Of a stretch of 64,000 bases of DNA, positions 55,892 to 64,000 are shown one piece after another (the stretch's first letter is position 1; each line of letters opens with the position of its first letter). The notes beneath the pieces are model-generated. The model made no database searches and was not told the origin of the DNA. It saw nothing but the letters and a program-made list of their open reading frames with translations. The position numbers were made by a program, and so were the translations under genes. This stretch comes from an uncultured virus (IMG/VR IMGVR_UViG_3300024265_000044) (lineage: Duplodnaviria; Heunggongvirae; Uroviricota; Caudoviricetes). Location of the stretch: the IMG/VR virus record IMGVR_UViG_3300024265_000044; one strand, written 5' to 3'.

Positions 55892-56944
55892 ATGACGAAG
55901 ATCGAATGGGCGCGCAACAAGGACGGCTCGGCGGGCAAGACGTGGAACCCCGTCGGCGGTTGCTCGCGGGTCTCGCCCGGTTGCGATCACTGTTACGCGA
56001 TGCGCTTCGAGCATCGATTCAGTGGACCGGGGCAACGCTCGGAAGGGCTCACGATCCGCCGCGACAAGAGCGCGCGGCGGCCTGGCGTTGATTGGTCGGG
56101 CGTCGTGAGGTTCCTACCTGAGCGGCTCAAGGTGCCGATGCGCGTCAACAAGCCGACAACTTGGTTTGTCAACAGCACCTCGGATATGTTTCACGAGAGG
56201 TTGACCAACGCCGAGATCGCCGCGGTGTTCGGTGTGATGGCGGCTTGTCCTCAACACACCTTTCAAGTTCTCACCAAGCGCGCGCGACGGATGCGGGAAT
56301 GGTTCGAGGGCGCCGAGGAGCATGGCGGGGCTTACGACCTATGCCGGTACGACATTCCGAACGCGCTTTTGACCTGTGCATGGGAGGCGTGTACCTCATT
56401 AGCCGGCGACGACCGCCCCGATTGGACGATGCCAACGGCGGAAGTGTTTGGCGACGCTTGGCCGCTTCCCAACGTTTGGCTCGGCGTCTCGGCCGAGGAT
56501 CAACAGCGCGCGGACGAGCGGATCCCTGAGCTCATGCGGACACCGGCGGCGGTGAGGTTCGTTAGCGCGGAGCCATTGCTAAGCGGGATCGACTTGTCTC
56601 CATACATGGTCGAGTGCGACGCGTGCGATCGGGAAGGCGCTACCGCGGGCGGGACCGTTACCCCGCTCGAGTATCATACCCACGGCAGAGCAAAGCTCGA
56701 TTGGGTCATCACCGGCGGTGAGTCGGGCAACGGCGCGCGGGTGTGTCACCTCGAATGGATCCACGACATCGTGACGGATTGCGCGCGCGGCGGTGTCGCG
56801 TGCTTCGTCAAGCAAGTCGGCGCCCATCCAACAACGCGCGACATGGCGCTTGATATGGCTCCACCTTGGAAGAGCTCTGACAAGAAGGGCGGCACACCAA
56901 GCCTATGGGCGGAACCACTTCGAGTGCGGGAGATGCCGCGGTGA
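55892..56944 (+). CDS. Gp37/Gp68 (DUF5131) family protein
   Basis: TKIEW, TWNPVGGCSRVSPGCDHCYA, FVNSTSDMFHE, LTKR, SAEPLL, GGESG. Confidence 0.92.
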   Translation: MTKIEWARNKDGSAGKTWNPVGGCSRVSPGCDHCYAMRFEHRFSGPGQRSEGLTIRRDKSARRPGVDWSGVVRFLPERLKVPMRVNKPTTWFVNSTSDMFHERLTNAEIAAVFGVMAACPQHTFQVLTKRARRMREWFEGAEEHGGAYDLCRYDIPNALLTCAWEACTSLAGDDRPDWTMPTAEVFGDAWPLPNVWLGVSAEDQQRADERIPELMRTPAAVRFVSAEPLLSGIDLSPYMVECDACDREGATAGGTVTPLEYHTHGRAKLDWVITGGESGNGARVCHLEWIHDIVTDCARGGVACFVKQVGAHPTTRDMALDMAPPWKSSDKKGGTPSLWAEPLRVREMPR

Positions 56945-57351
56945 CCGGAGCCATTTCACATCGCAAGCGACGGGAATTGCGCGAGCTCGAAACGCGACTC
57001 GATAAGCCGTCGCCGTTCGTTCCGACATCGATGCGACGCAAAGCACTACCGACGGGCGAGGCAAAGTTGCGCGGCGACATCTTGCGCGAGGTCCAAGCCG
57101 AATTCATGCGGCGGCCGATGCGGATCTTTGGCGAGTGGCTCAAGACCGAGCTCGCCGCGCTTGGACGGACTCACGAATGAGGGAATGTGTTTGCATCCTC
57201 GAAGCGCGGACGTTCAACCGCGCCGAGCCTCGGCCGTGTTGGGTGTGCGGTCGTGGCCGCGATGACCGGCAACCCACCGAGGCACACCGACAAGACTTTT
57301 TCGACTTTCACATTCGACACAACAACCAAGCCACGGCGAGGGAGAAAGCCA

Positions 57352-58245
57352 ATGGACTGCAACAGCGAAGGAATCGCACTTAACCGGGTGGAGCTCGTCG
57401 CGCTCCTCTCATTCACATCAGTCGAGAAGTCGAGCCGCGACTACTATGGCGCGGCGTTCACCGTCGAGGGCGATCGGTGTTACGCGCGCGCGACCGATGG
57501 CAAGAAGGCCGTCGAGGCCGACGGGACAAGCGACAAGAAGTTTGCCAAGGGCGGCAAGCGCGAATGGTTCGTGTATCGCGACTTTTTGATCGCGTGCCGC
57601 AAGCTCATTACCGGCAACCAAGTCGCGCGCCTGATCTTTAACGGTGCAAGCCTCCATGAGGCAAAGTTCGAAGGCGTCGGCGACGACGATGACGGCGACA
57701 TTTCGACGCTCACAACCCGCAAGGACGCGGCGAACGCACAAGCGAACATCCCCGCCATCGCGAAGCAAACGAAGCTACCCTCGACGACACGCGACGTCGC
57801 GCGATGTGTGACGCTCGCCGGCCCGTACCTGGCGACGCTCAACAAGGTCGCCAAGGCCGCGGCAACCGAGGCGATCGATTGCTACCCGCCAAAGGATAAG
57901 GATACCGCTGCGGTGTTCCGAATCGGGGACGGCAAAGAGACGCAATGGACCGTCGCGATCATGCCGGTCAAGAGTGTCGCCTCTCACGAGGCGTCCGCCT
58001 CGACGAAGCGCAACAAGAAGAGCGCGGCGGCGCGCCAACAAGGCCTTTACGACGGCCAAGGCAAGGAGCTCGACCCCAAGACCGGCAAACCACTCGAAGC
58101 CACGGACACCAAGGGCAAGGGCAACGTGAGCAACATCGCCGACGCGCGCAAGAAGAAATCCGGCAAGAAGGCGCCGGCCAAGAAGGCCGCCAAGAAGCCA
58201 CGCAAGAAGGCGCGACCGCGCAAGAAGGCGCCAGGCAAGAAGTGA
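57352..58245 (+). CDS. Beta-clamp-like domain protein with histone-H1-like basic tail
   Basis: YARATDGKKA, YLATLNK, VAIMPVK; KKAPAKKAAKKPRKK tail. Confidence 0.6.
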   Translation: MDCNSEGIALNRVELVALLSFTSVEKSSRDYYGAAFTVEGDRCYARATDGKKAVEADGTSDKKFAKGGKREWFVYRDFLIACRKLITGNQVARLIFNGASLHEAKFEGVGDDDDGDISTLTTRKDAANAQANIPAIAKQTKLPSTTRDVARCVTLAGPYLATLNKVAKAAATEAIDCYPPKDKDTAAVFRIGDGKETQWTVAIMPVKSVASHEASASTKRNKKSAAARQQGLYDGQGKELDPKTGKPLEATDTKGKGNVSNIADARKKKSGKKAPAKKAAKKPRKKARPRKKAPGKK

Positions 58246-58388
58246 GCACGCGCCCCACCGCGATCCTCGTCCGCTTGCCGCTTCCACTTTTGAAGCGCGT
58301 CAAGAAAGCCGCGGGCGATCAAACCCTGAGCGTCGCGGCTTGGGTGCGAACGGCGATTTTAGCGGCTCTCAAAGAGGCAGGCGCATGA
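58242..58388 (+). CDS. Ribbon-helix-helix protein
   Basis: ILVRLPLPLLKRVKKAA...SVAAWVRTAI. Confidence 0.7.
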   Translation: MSTRPTAILVRLPLPLLKRVKKAAGDQTLSVAAWVRTAILAALKEAGA

Positions 58389-59373
58389 TCGGCAAACCAG
58401 TCAGCGCGACCCTGTGGGGCGTCGCGTACCGTTTTCGCAACTTCGATCCGCCGCTTGTGACACTCACCGCGGGTGAGGCGCCTGAGCACATCGAGGGCAC
58501 TTGCAACGTGCTCACCGCGGATCCGACCGGTTGCGACTTGCTCGACGTCACCGCGCGCGAGGTGCTCGGCCCCAAGCTCAAAGCAGATCACGAGTTTACG
58601 TTGACTCACGTCCATCGCGTTTTCGACGTCAACGGCTTGGCCTCGGTGAAAGGTGGCGATGACTAAGCGAGCTCGACCGTTTTGGTCTTTGGTGAAGTGT
58701 CCGCGCCGCGGTCGCAACACCATCGCGCTTCGCGCCGACCTTCCGAAGCACGTCGAGCTCGCATTCGCGCGCAAGTGGCACAAGTTGGTTTGTAGGAGAT
58801 GCGGGGCGGTCCGTCGCGGCGTCGTTGCATACCGCACCGGCCGATCGAAACGGTCGCAACTCTTCCTCGAAGTGATGGACCGCGTGTGGATGGACGAGCA
58901 CGGAGCATGCACATGATTTTTCTCGTCGAGCTACGGAATGAGCCCGGGAGTCTATGTCGCTTTCTGGGATGCCTCGTCAGCGTGAATCTTGTGGGCTTAA
59001 CGTCTTGCCCGGTGCATGGCCATGTGGGGACGATGTTCTTTCTGTTCGAGGCGGAGTCGGAATCACCCGACGTAGAGAGAACGGTGGAGCAGCACACGAT
59101 ACAGTCCCGACGTCTGCCCGAGTGGCCACCAGACTTCTATACCAGCGGCTACCTCGTGCCGATGGCTCCGAAGGGCTCTTCGTAATGAATCGTTCAGAAG
59201 AACAAGCGGCTCAAGTGCCGATCTACTGGGAGGTGGGTTCATTTCCGCCAGATTACATTCTGGATAAGCCTGTCGGGTGTGGGCATTGCCACCTCACGTC
59301 ACGGATGGCGTACGTCGACATAGATGGTTTCATCTTCTGTTCGATGAGGTGTCTCCACTGGGGGCGCCGATGA
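58385..59373 (+). other. Four coupled small ORFs (58385-58666, 58659-58916, 58913-59185, 59185-59373)
   Basis: Overlapping starts and stops; several CxxC motifs. Confidence 0.55.
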
Positions 59374-59990
59374 ATCGTTCAGAAGTCGTAGGCACCACTT
59401 TTGGACTCTGGGTGGTCGTTGAACACATCAGCGGTCGGCATGTGCGCGCGCGTTGCGCCTGCGGTGTGGTTAAGATCGTGCGTTTGGATACTTTGAAGTT
59501 TGGGCAAAGTCGCTCTTGTGGATGTTCGAAAGTCACAGGCCATTGGCAATCGTGCATCGTATGTGGCGCGCCTGTTTGGATAACTGGCAGAAGGAAGAAA
59601 CTGAATTCAAGGTTCTGCTCTCTTTCGTGCTCGGTGAAGGATCAACACCGAAAACGCATTGAGGCTGAACCGGTTGGCGCACGGTTTGCTCGATTCGTTC
59701 GTCTGAATGGTGAGTGTTGGGAATGGAGTGGCGCGGTCAACCTCCAAGGCTACGGAACATTCATGCGAGACGGGCGAGTCGCGGGACCGCGCGCTTCTGA
59801 ATTGGCGCATCGTGTTTCATGGACGTTGATCAACGGGCCGATACCGGATGGATTGTTCGTCTGTCACAAGTGCGACAATCCACCGTGTGTGCGACCAGAT
59901 CACCTTTTTCTTGGTACACCGGCCGCCAACAACCGAGACAGGTGCAAAAAGGGTCGTTGCCGTCATCCTGGTCATCAGAGGGCGTTGTGA
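59370..59990 (+). CDS. HNH endonuclease
   Basis: CWEWSG, GYG, AHRVSW, VCHKCDNPPCVRPDHLFLGT...NNRD. Confidence 0.92.
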   Translation: MNRSEVVGTTFGLWVVVEHISGRHVRARCACGVVKIVRLDTLKFGQSRSCGCSKVTGHWQSCIVCGAPVWITGRRKKLNSRFCSLSCSVKDQHRKRIEAEPVGARFARFVRLNGECWEWSGAVNLQGYGTFMRDGRVAGPRASELAHRVSWTLINGPIPDGLFVCHKCDNPPCVRPDHLFLGTPAANNRDRCKKGRCRHPGHQRAL

Positions 59991-60493
59991 GAATTCCCGT
60001 GTTGGCCGTGGATCCAGGCGTTGCAAATTTCGGCATCGCAGCGATCGACTGGACGCCGCGCGGGCCGCGAGTGATCGCGATGGGTTACATGGAGACCGAG
60101 ATGCGACGCAAGGAGATCGCAGAGGATGCGCGCGAGCGGATCGATCTCATAATGCCGATGCTGGATCAGTGGTACGAACGCCACCGACCGACGCGGATCG
60201 TCGCCGAGGCCTTCACCTTCCAACAACGAGGGATCGATTGGAAGGCGATGCAAACGCTCAGGCTCCTCGGTCGACTCGAAGAGTGGGCCGTCCAACATGG
60301 TTGCACCTATGAGGAGATCCCGACCGGCTCGGTTAAGAGTCGGATCGGTGCCGGCAAGAAGGCGACCAAAGAGGATGTGCAACGGTGCGTCGTGCGGCTC
60401 ACCGGTTGCAAGCTTCCACCAACCAAGAAGAAACGCAGCCACATCGGCGACGCCATCGCCGTCGGTGTCGCCGCGGGAGGTACCAGACGATGA
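59987..60493 (+). CDS. ruvC: Holliday junction resolvase, RuvC family
   Basis: LAVDPG..NFG, IVAE, VKSRIG..KATKEDVQ, HIGDAIAVG. Confidence 0.88.
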   Translation: MRIPVLAVDPGVANFGIAAIDWTPRGPRVIAMGYMETEMRRKEIAEDARERIDLIMPMLDQWYERHRPTRIVAEAFTFQQRGIDWKAMQTLRLLGRLEEWAVQHGCTYEEIPTGSVKSRIGAGKKATKEDVQRCVVRLTGCKLPPTKKKRSHIGDAIAVGVAAGGTRR

Positions 60494-61677
60494 CAGGACA
60501 ATACCAGACACCGAGATCCCTCAAGGAGCAAAGGCGTTTAATGAGAGTCGGGGTGTTTCACGTTTTTGAATGGCGATTCATGCTCACGCCGTTGACCGTT
60601 TCCATCCTTGTCGTTGAAAACGCGACGCATGTAGTCCGGTGGGGCGAGCTTTACGTTTTCGGTGTGCGCTTTGTGCGGTGGAAGTTGGCCGCGCCATGAA
60701 CAACAAAGAAATATTGGAATTCTGGGGTCGCGTCGCTGGTATCGTTCGGCGAGACATCGACGAACCGAATGAAGAAACCGACGACGAGCTAAGGGCGCGC
60801 ATCCTCGACCATCACATGCCAGTCGGGAGTCTCGCGCGGGCCGAATACGAGCTCAGAGATGTCATCCATCAATGGGGCCACGACTGCTTACCGATCACGG
60901 TGATGCTCGGCGTCAACGTCAAGATCGGTGAGCCGGCCGCACCGGGTGAGCTCATGCTCATCGTGAGGACCGAGACGAAGTGGGAGCGGCGGTTTCGTAT
61001 GGCGCGGGCATGGCTCGCGGAGAGGTGGCGACGATGGAGATGACCGAGACCCAGCTCAGGGCGAGCCTCAGAGCAGAGAACGCGCGGCTCAAAGACGAGA
61101 TTGTCGCATTTCGCGATGGTCTCAGACGGATCCTCGCCAAGTTCGACGAGCTCCTACACGTCGAAGAGCCAAGCGGTGACGATTGCCTACACGCGCCGGA
61201 CTATTCGACGATCGCAGAAGCGACGGGCGCGAAAGGGTCTTGTTTGGTCATTTGCTCGCGTTGCGACCGCGGCGGGTATTTTCACTTTGACTTTGCACAC
61301 CGCGCGACGATTTGGTGGACAGGCCCGATCCTGAAACGGCGCAGCGGGGAGCAGAAGCCATGAGACGCGCCGAGCTCGAAGCGTTATTAGCCAAAGCGCC
61401 ATTCACTTGCGACGACGCTTGGAAGGTGTCGCTCGAAGTCCCCACGCTCATCAAAGAGCTCGAAAAGGTTTGGGCCAAGCTACTCGAGGGCCAACGGCAC
61501 AAGGACGGATCCGAATGCAAGGAGGTTGTCGGATGCGGGTTGCCGCATGTGTCGAAGCGAGCGATCGACGCGGCGATGATCAAACACCTCGAAGCCGAGC
61601 TCAACGAAGCCAAGGCGACGATCCGACTCTATGAATCTGAACCCGCAACCGAGGAGACCGCCCCCGATGGAGATTGA
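60490..61677 (+). other. Four coupled small ORFs (60490-60699, 60696-61043, 61034-61363, 61360-61677)
   Basis: Overlapping start/stop codons. Confidence 0.55.
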
Positions 61678-62110
61678 AATCGACACCGCGTCACGCGCCA
61701 CCGCCGAGGCCCTCGAGCCTCACCTTGTCGACGAGCTCGGACGCGTACCGGATCGCGATAGCCTCACCGGCCTCGACTACATCACCGCCGCGGCCGAGGT
61801 CGCCGGTCTAACGGTCGCCGACCTCATCGGCAAGGACAGACACCGCCCGATCTCGCGGCCTCGTCAAGTGGCGATATGGTTGATCCGGCGCGATCTCCGT
61901 TGGTCGCTCCCATACCTCGGGCGCGAATTCGGGAAGCGCGACCACACGACGATCATGGCCGCATGTCGGCGCATCGACGAGCTCCGAAACCGGGAGGATT
62001 CAGACACCTTGCGGCTCATCGCTCGCGTCGAGGCTCGGTTGTGCCGCGCGGGCCCTGGGGTGACCGCGGCGCGACCGTCGTTGACGGTCAACGATGTCAA
62101 AAGCGCGTGA
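61667..62110 (+). CDS. Stand-alone DnaA C-terminal (domain IV) HTH protein
   Basis: DLIGKDR...RPRQVAIWLIR...SLPYLGREFGKRDHTTIM. Confidence 0.88.
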   Translation: MEIEIDTASRATAEALEPHLVDELGRVPDRDSLTGLDYITAAAEVAGLTVADLIGKDRHRPISRPRQVAIWLIRRDLRWSLPYLGREFGKRDHTTIMAACRRIDELRNREDSDTLRLIARVEARLCRAGPGVTAARPSLTVNDVKSA

Positions 62111-62142
62111 TGTTTGACATACGTTTGACGGTTCAGTATCAG
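62079..62142 (+). promoter_or_regulatory. Candidate promoter within a cluster of GTCAA(A)/TTGAC boxes
   Basis: TTGACA 62114-62119, 17 nt, TATCAG; five boxes including two inverted pairs. Confidence 0.5.
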
Positions 62143-62150
62143 GCGTGAAC

Positions 62151-62399
62151 ATGCTCCGAAAGTGGATCTTGGTCAATCGCGGCGCGGTCCCTGAGCCGCC
62201 GCAAAGCGAGATCGAGTACTCGTGCCCACGGTGCGGCAAGGACTCGCTATTGCCGATCCTCGGCGCGGCGATGGCCCAGATCAATGGCGGCGTCGTGTTC
62301 GACGTCGGCCCGCATGCGATGCCGGTCGAGATCCGGTGCCCACATTGTCGGCGCGAGTTTGTCACCGAGGGCGATATCCCTGGCGTGTTCGAGGCCTGA
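62151..62399 (+). CDS. Zinc-ribbon protein
   Basis: CPRC...CPHC. Confidence 0.65.
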   Translation: MLRKWILVNRGAVPEPPQSEIEYSCPRCGKDSLLPILGAAMAQINGGVVFDVGPHAMPVEIRCPHCRREFVTEGDIPGVFEA

Positions 62400-62402
62400 G
62401 CG

Positions 62403-63332
62403 ATGGGTTACGGCAAGTTTTTCGCGAGTGCTTTCACCGGCTCCATGGCTGGATCCGGCGCTGAGATTTTCGCGGTTTGGGGCTACATCATCGCCACGAC
62501 CGTCGACTCTGTCGTCGAGGTCAATCCAATCGTCTGCGGCGCGTCGATCGGCATGCCGCCGGAGAACGTCGAGCGGTGTCTTGCGTCACTCTGCGAGCCC
62601 GATCCGAAGAGCCGCAACGAGGAACACGACGGCCGTCGGCTCATCAAGACCGGCCCGTTTACATACGATGTCGTGAGCCATCGGATCTATCGCGACCTAC
62701 GCAACGAGGAAGAGCGGCGCGAGTACAACCGCACGAAAAAGCGCGAGTCCCGTGAGCGCCAGAGGGTCAAACAGAACGTCAAAGCGTCAAACGCGATGTC
62801 AAACAAGTCAGCCCAAGCAGAGGCAGAGGCAGAGGCAGAGGCAGAGGCAGAGGCAGAAGCAGAAGCAGAAGCAACAGGCGGTGGCGGATCTGAGGCGCCT
62901 CTACTGACGGCCGACGAGCTCCCCGAGGGATCGCCTCGCCGCACCCGCCTCGAGCGGTGGATTGAGCGGACCGGCAAGGACACGATCGAGGACGGACCGC
63001 CAGCGCGTCACGACCCAATCCATGAGCGGATCCGGTTTGTGGATTGGTTCCCGTCGCAACGGCTCGTCGATTGGGTCAAGGCACTCGGACTCACCGATCG
63101 CAACTTCGACGAGATGCTTTCGCAGGCGCGCGAGAACATCACCGGCAAGCATGACGTCGAGTGGCTCGACAACAAGATCGCTCGTTACGTCAAGACGGCC
63201 ATCGCTCAACAGAACGGGAAACCGGCCGGAGGCAAGCGCGGACACCGGCAACCGGATCACGGTGTCGTTAGTCCGGATGACTTCGACGCACCGACGGGCA
63301 CGATCGGATCCTCGAGGAAGGTGCAGGTATGA
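62403..63332 (+). CDS. Replication initiator / replisome-organiser-like protein
   Basis: N-terminal wHTH-like region, RREYNRTKKRESRER helix, repetitive central linker typical of phage initiators. Confidence 0.7.
   Translation: MGYGKFFASAFTGSMAGSGAEIFAVWGYIIATTVDSVVEVNPIVCGASIGMPPENVERCLASLCEPDPKSRNEEHDGRRLIKTGPFTYDVVSHRIYRDLRNEEERREYNRTKKRESRERQRVKQNVKASNAMSNKSAQAEAEAEAEAEAEAEAEAEATGGGGSEAPLLTADELPEGSPRRTRLERWIERTGKDTIEDGPPARHDPIHERIRFVDWFPSQRLVDWVKALGLTDRNFDEMLSQARENITGKHDVEWLDNKIARYVKTAIAQQNGKPAGGKRGHRQPDHGVVSPDDFDAPTGTIGSSRKVQV
62766..62870 (+). repeat. Candidate origin: 4x GTCAAA, then (GCAGAG)6(GCAGAA)3
   Basis: GTCAAA at 62766, 62778, 62786 and 62798; hexamer run 62817-62870. Confidence 0.65.
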
Positions 63333-63706
63333 CCACAGACCTGGAAGAGCGCTCGCTCGATAACTTACGCGAGACCCTGTACCTCAAGCTTGAAGGGCGG
63401 AAGGCGGATGCGCTCCTCGCAGAGGGAACGTTGGTTCACCTCGAACATCTAAGACGCCAACGCGACGATCTCGTTGAGGACGTCAAAAAGCTCAAACTCC
63501 GACACGATGAGGCGATGGCGGCGTTGCGCCGATCGACTGACGTCATTGCAGAGCAACGCGACGCCGCGGCAAAGGAGCGCGACTTGCTCGTCACTTGGAT
63601 GCGCAACCTTCCGAGCCCGGAGGACATCGATCTCGCCAGGCTTGAGATCGAGCGCAGCCCCGATGTCATCGCGGCAATCCGCAAACTGAACGAGGCGAGC
63701 GAATGA
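63329..63706 (+). CDS. Coiled-coil hypothetical protein
   Basis: ATGA-coupled to the initiator. Confidence 0.6.
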   Translation: MTTDLEERSLDNLRETLYLKLEGRKADALLAEGTLVHLEHLRRQRDDLVEDVKKLKLRHDEAMAALRRSTDVIAEQRDAAAKERDLLVTWMRNLPSPEDIDLARLEIERSPDVIAAIRKLNEASE

Positions 63707-64000
63707 CCGATCAAGAAGTCAACGAGCTCGCCTTGCGACTGTGGAGGGCCATCGAACGGGTGCGCCATCTCGGCGGACGCGTCGTGCCTGCGGTGTCAAT
63801 GTTCCAGCCGGCCGACTGTTGTTGTCCGTTCGGCGCGCTCCTCGGCTATCCAGCGGCTCCCTCGCTAATTCCCAACTATCCGCACTACTCGGCGGTTGAA
63901 TCTGTCGGCGTTTCCCGGCTTGATGCTCTGTCGTTCATGCGTGGATTCGACGCACGCGGCGGCCGCCCAGATAGTCCGTACGATCGGCTCCATGACCTCG
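63703..64000 (+). CDS. Hypothetical protein, truncated by the window edge
   Basis: ATGA-coupled; MTDQEVNELALRLW... open to the end. Confidence 0.55.
   Translation, partial: MTDQEVNELALRLWRAIERVRHLGGRVVPAVSMFQPADCCCPFGALLGYPAAPSLIPNYPHYSAVESVGVSRLDALSFMRGFDARGGRPDSPYDRLHDL

Noticed and set aside
62817..62870. (GCAGAG)n as a phase-variation switch
   Set aside because: The 6-bp unit preserves frame; it only changes an AE linker length
1..64000. Integrase, CI-type repressor with peptidase domain, DNA polymerase, tRNA or host flanks
   Set aside because: None recognised, so lifestyle and prophage status cannot be determined from this window

Overview
The whole window is a GC-rich tailed-phage genome segment. 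I found no host genes, integrase, tRNA or CRISPR array. It has a lambda-type head module (GpA terminase, gpW, portal, S49 protease with nested scaffold, decoration protein, gpE capsid) and a Mu-type contractile tail (sheath, tube, frameshifted chaperone, tape measure, DNA-circularisation protein, hub, spike, gp46/47/48-like baseplate, fibres). These are followed by an accessory fibre module with 20-aa repeats and an unusual lysis/envelope module (two lipoproteins, papain-like protease, GH73 glucosaminidase, lytic transglycosylase). A leftward early operon (YqaJ exonuclease, probable annealase, SMC-like ATPase, HerA-like ATPase) diverges at about 51.25 kb from a rightward operon (Cro-like HTH, DUF1643, Gp37Gp68, clamp-like protein, RuvC, DnaA-C, replication initiator). 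Six free-standing endonuclease genes are scattered through it. The most novel signal is a regulatory circuit. An inverted cassette between two different small-terminase genes is driven by three near-identical sigma70 promoters, each with a palindromic operator. A terminator hairpin about 40 kb away (44771-44844) carries a 32-nt loop complementary to the ribosome-binding leaders of three first-in-operon early genes, which suggests a trans-acting antisense RNA. Also notable are a two-subunit cytosine methyltransferase encoded in overlapping frames and a candidate ruler-plus-bead fibre system. All family calls come from motif recognition by eye; no database search was run.
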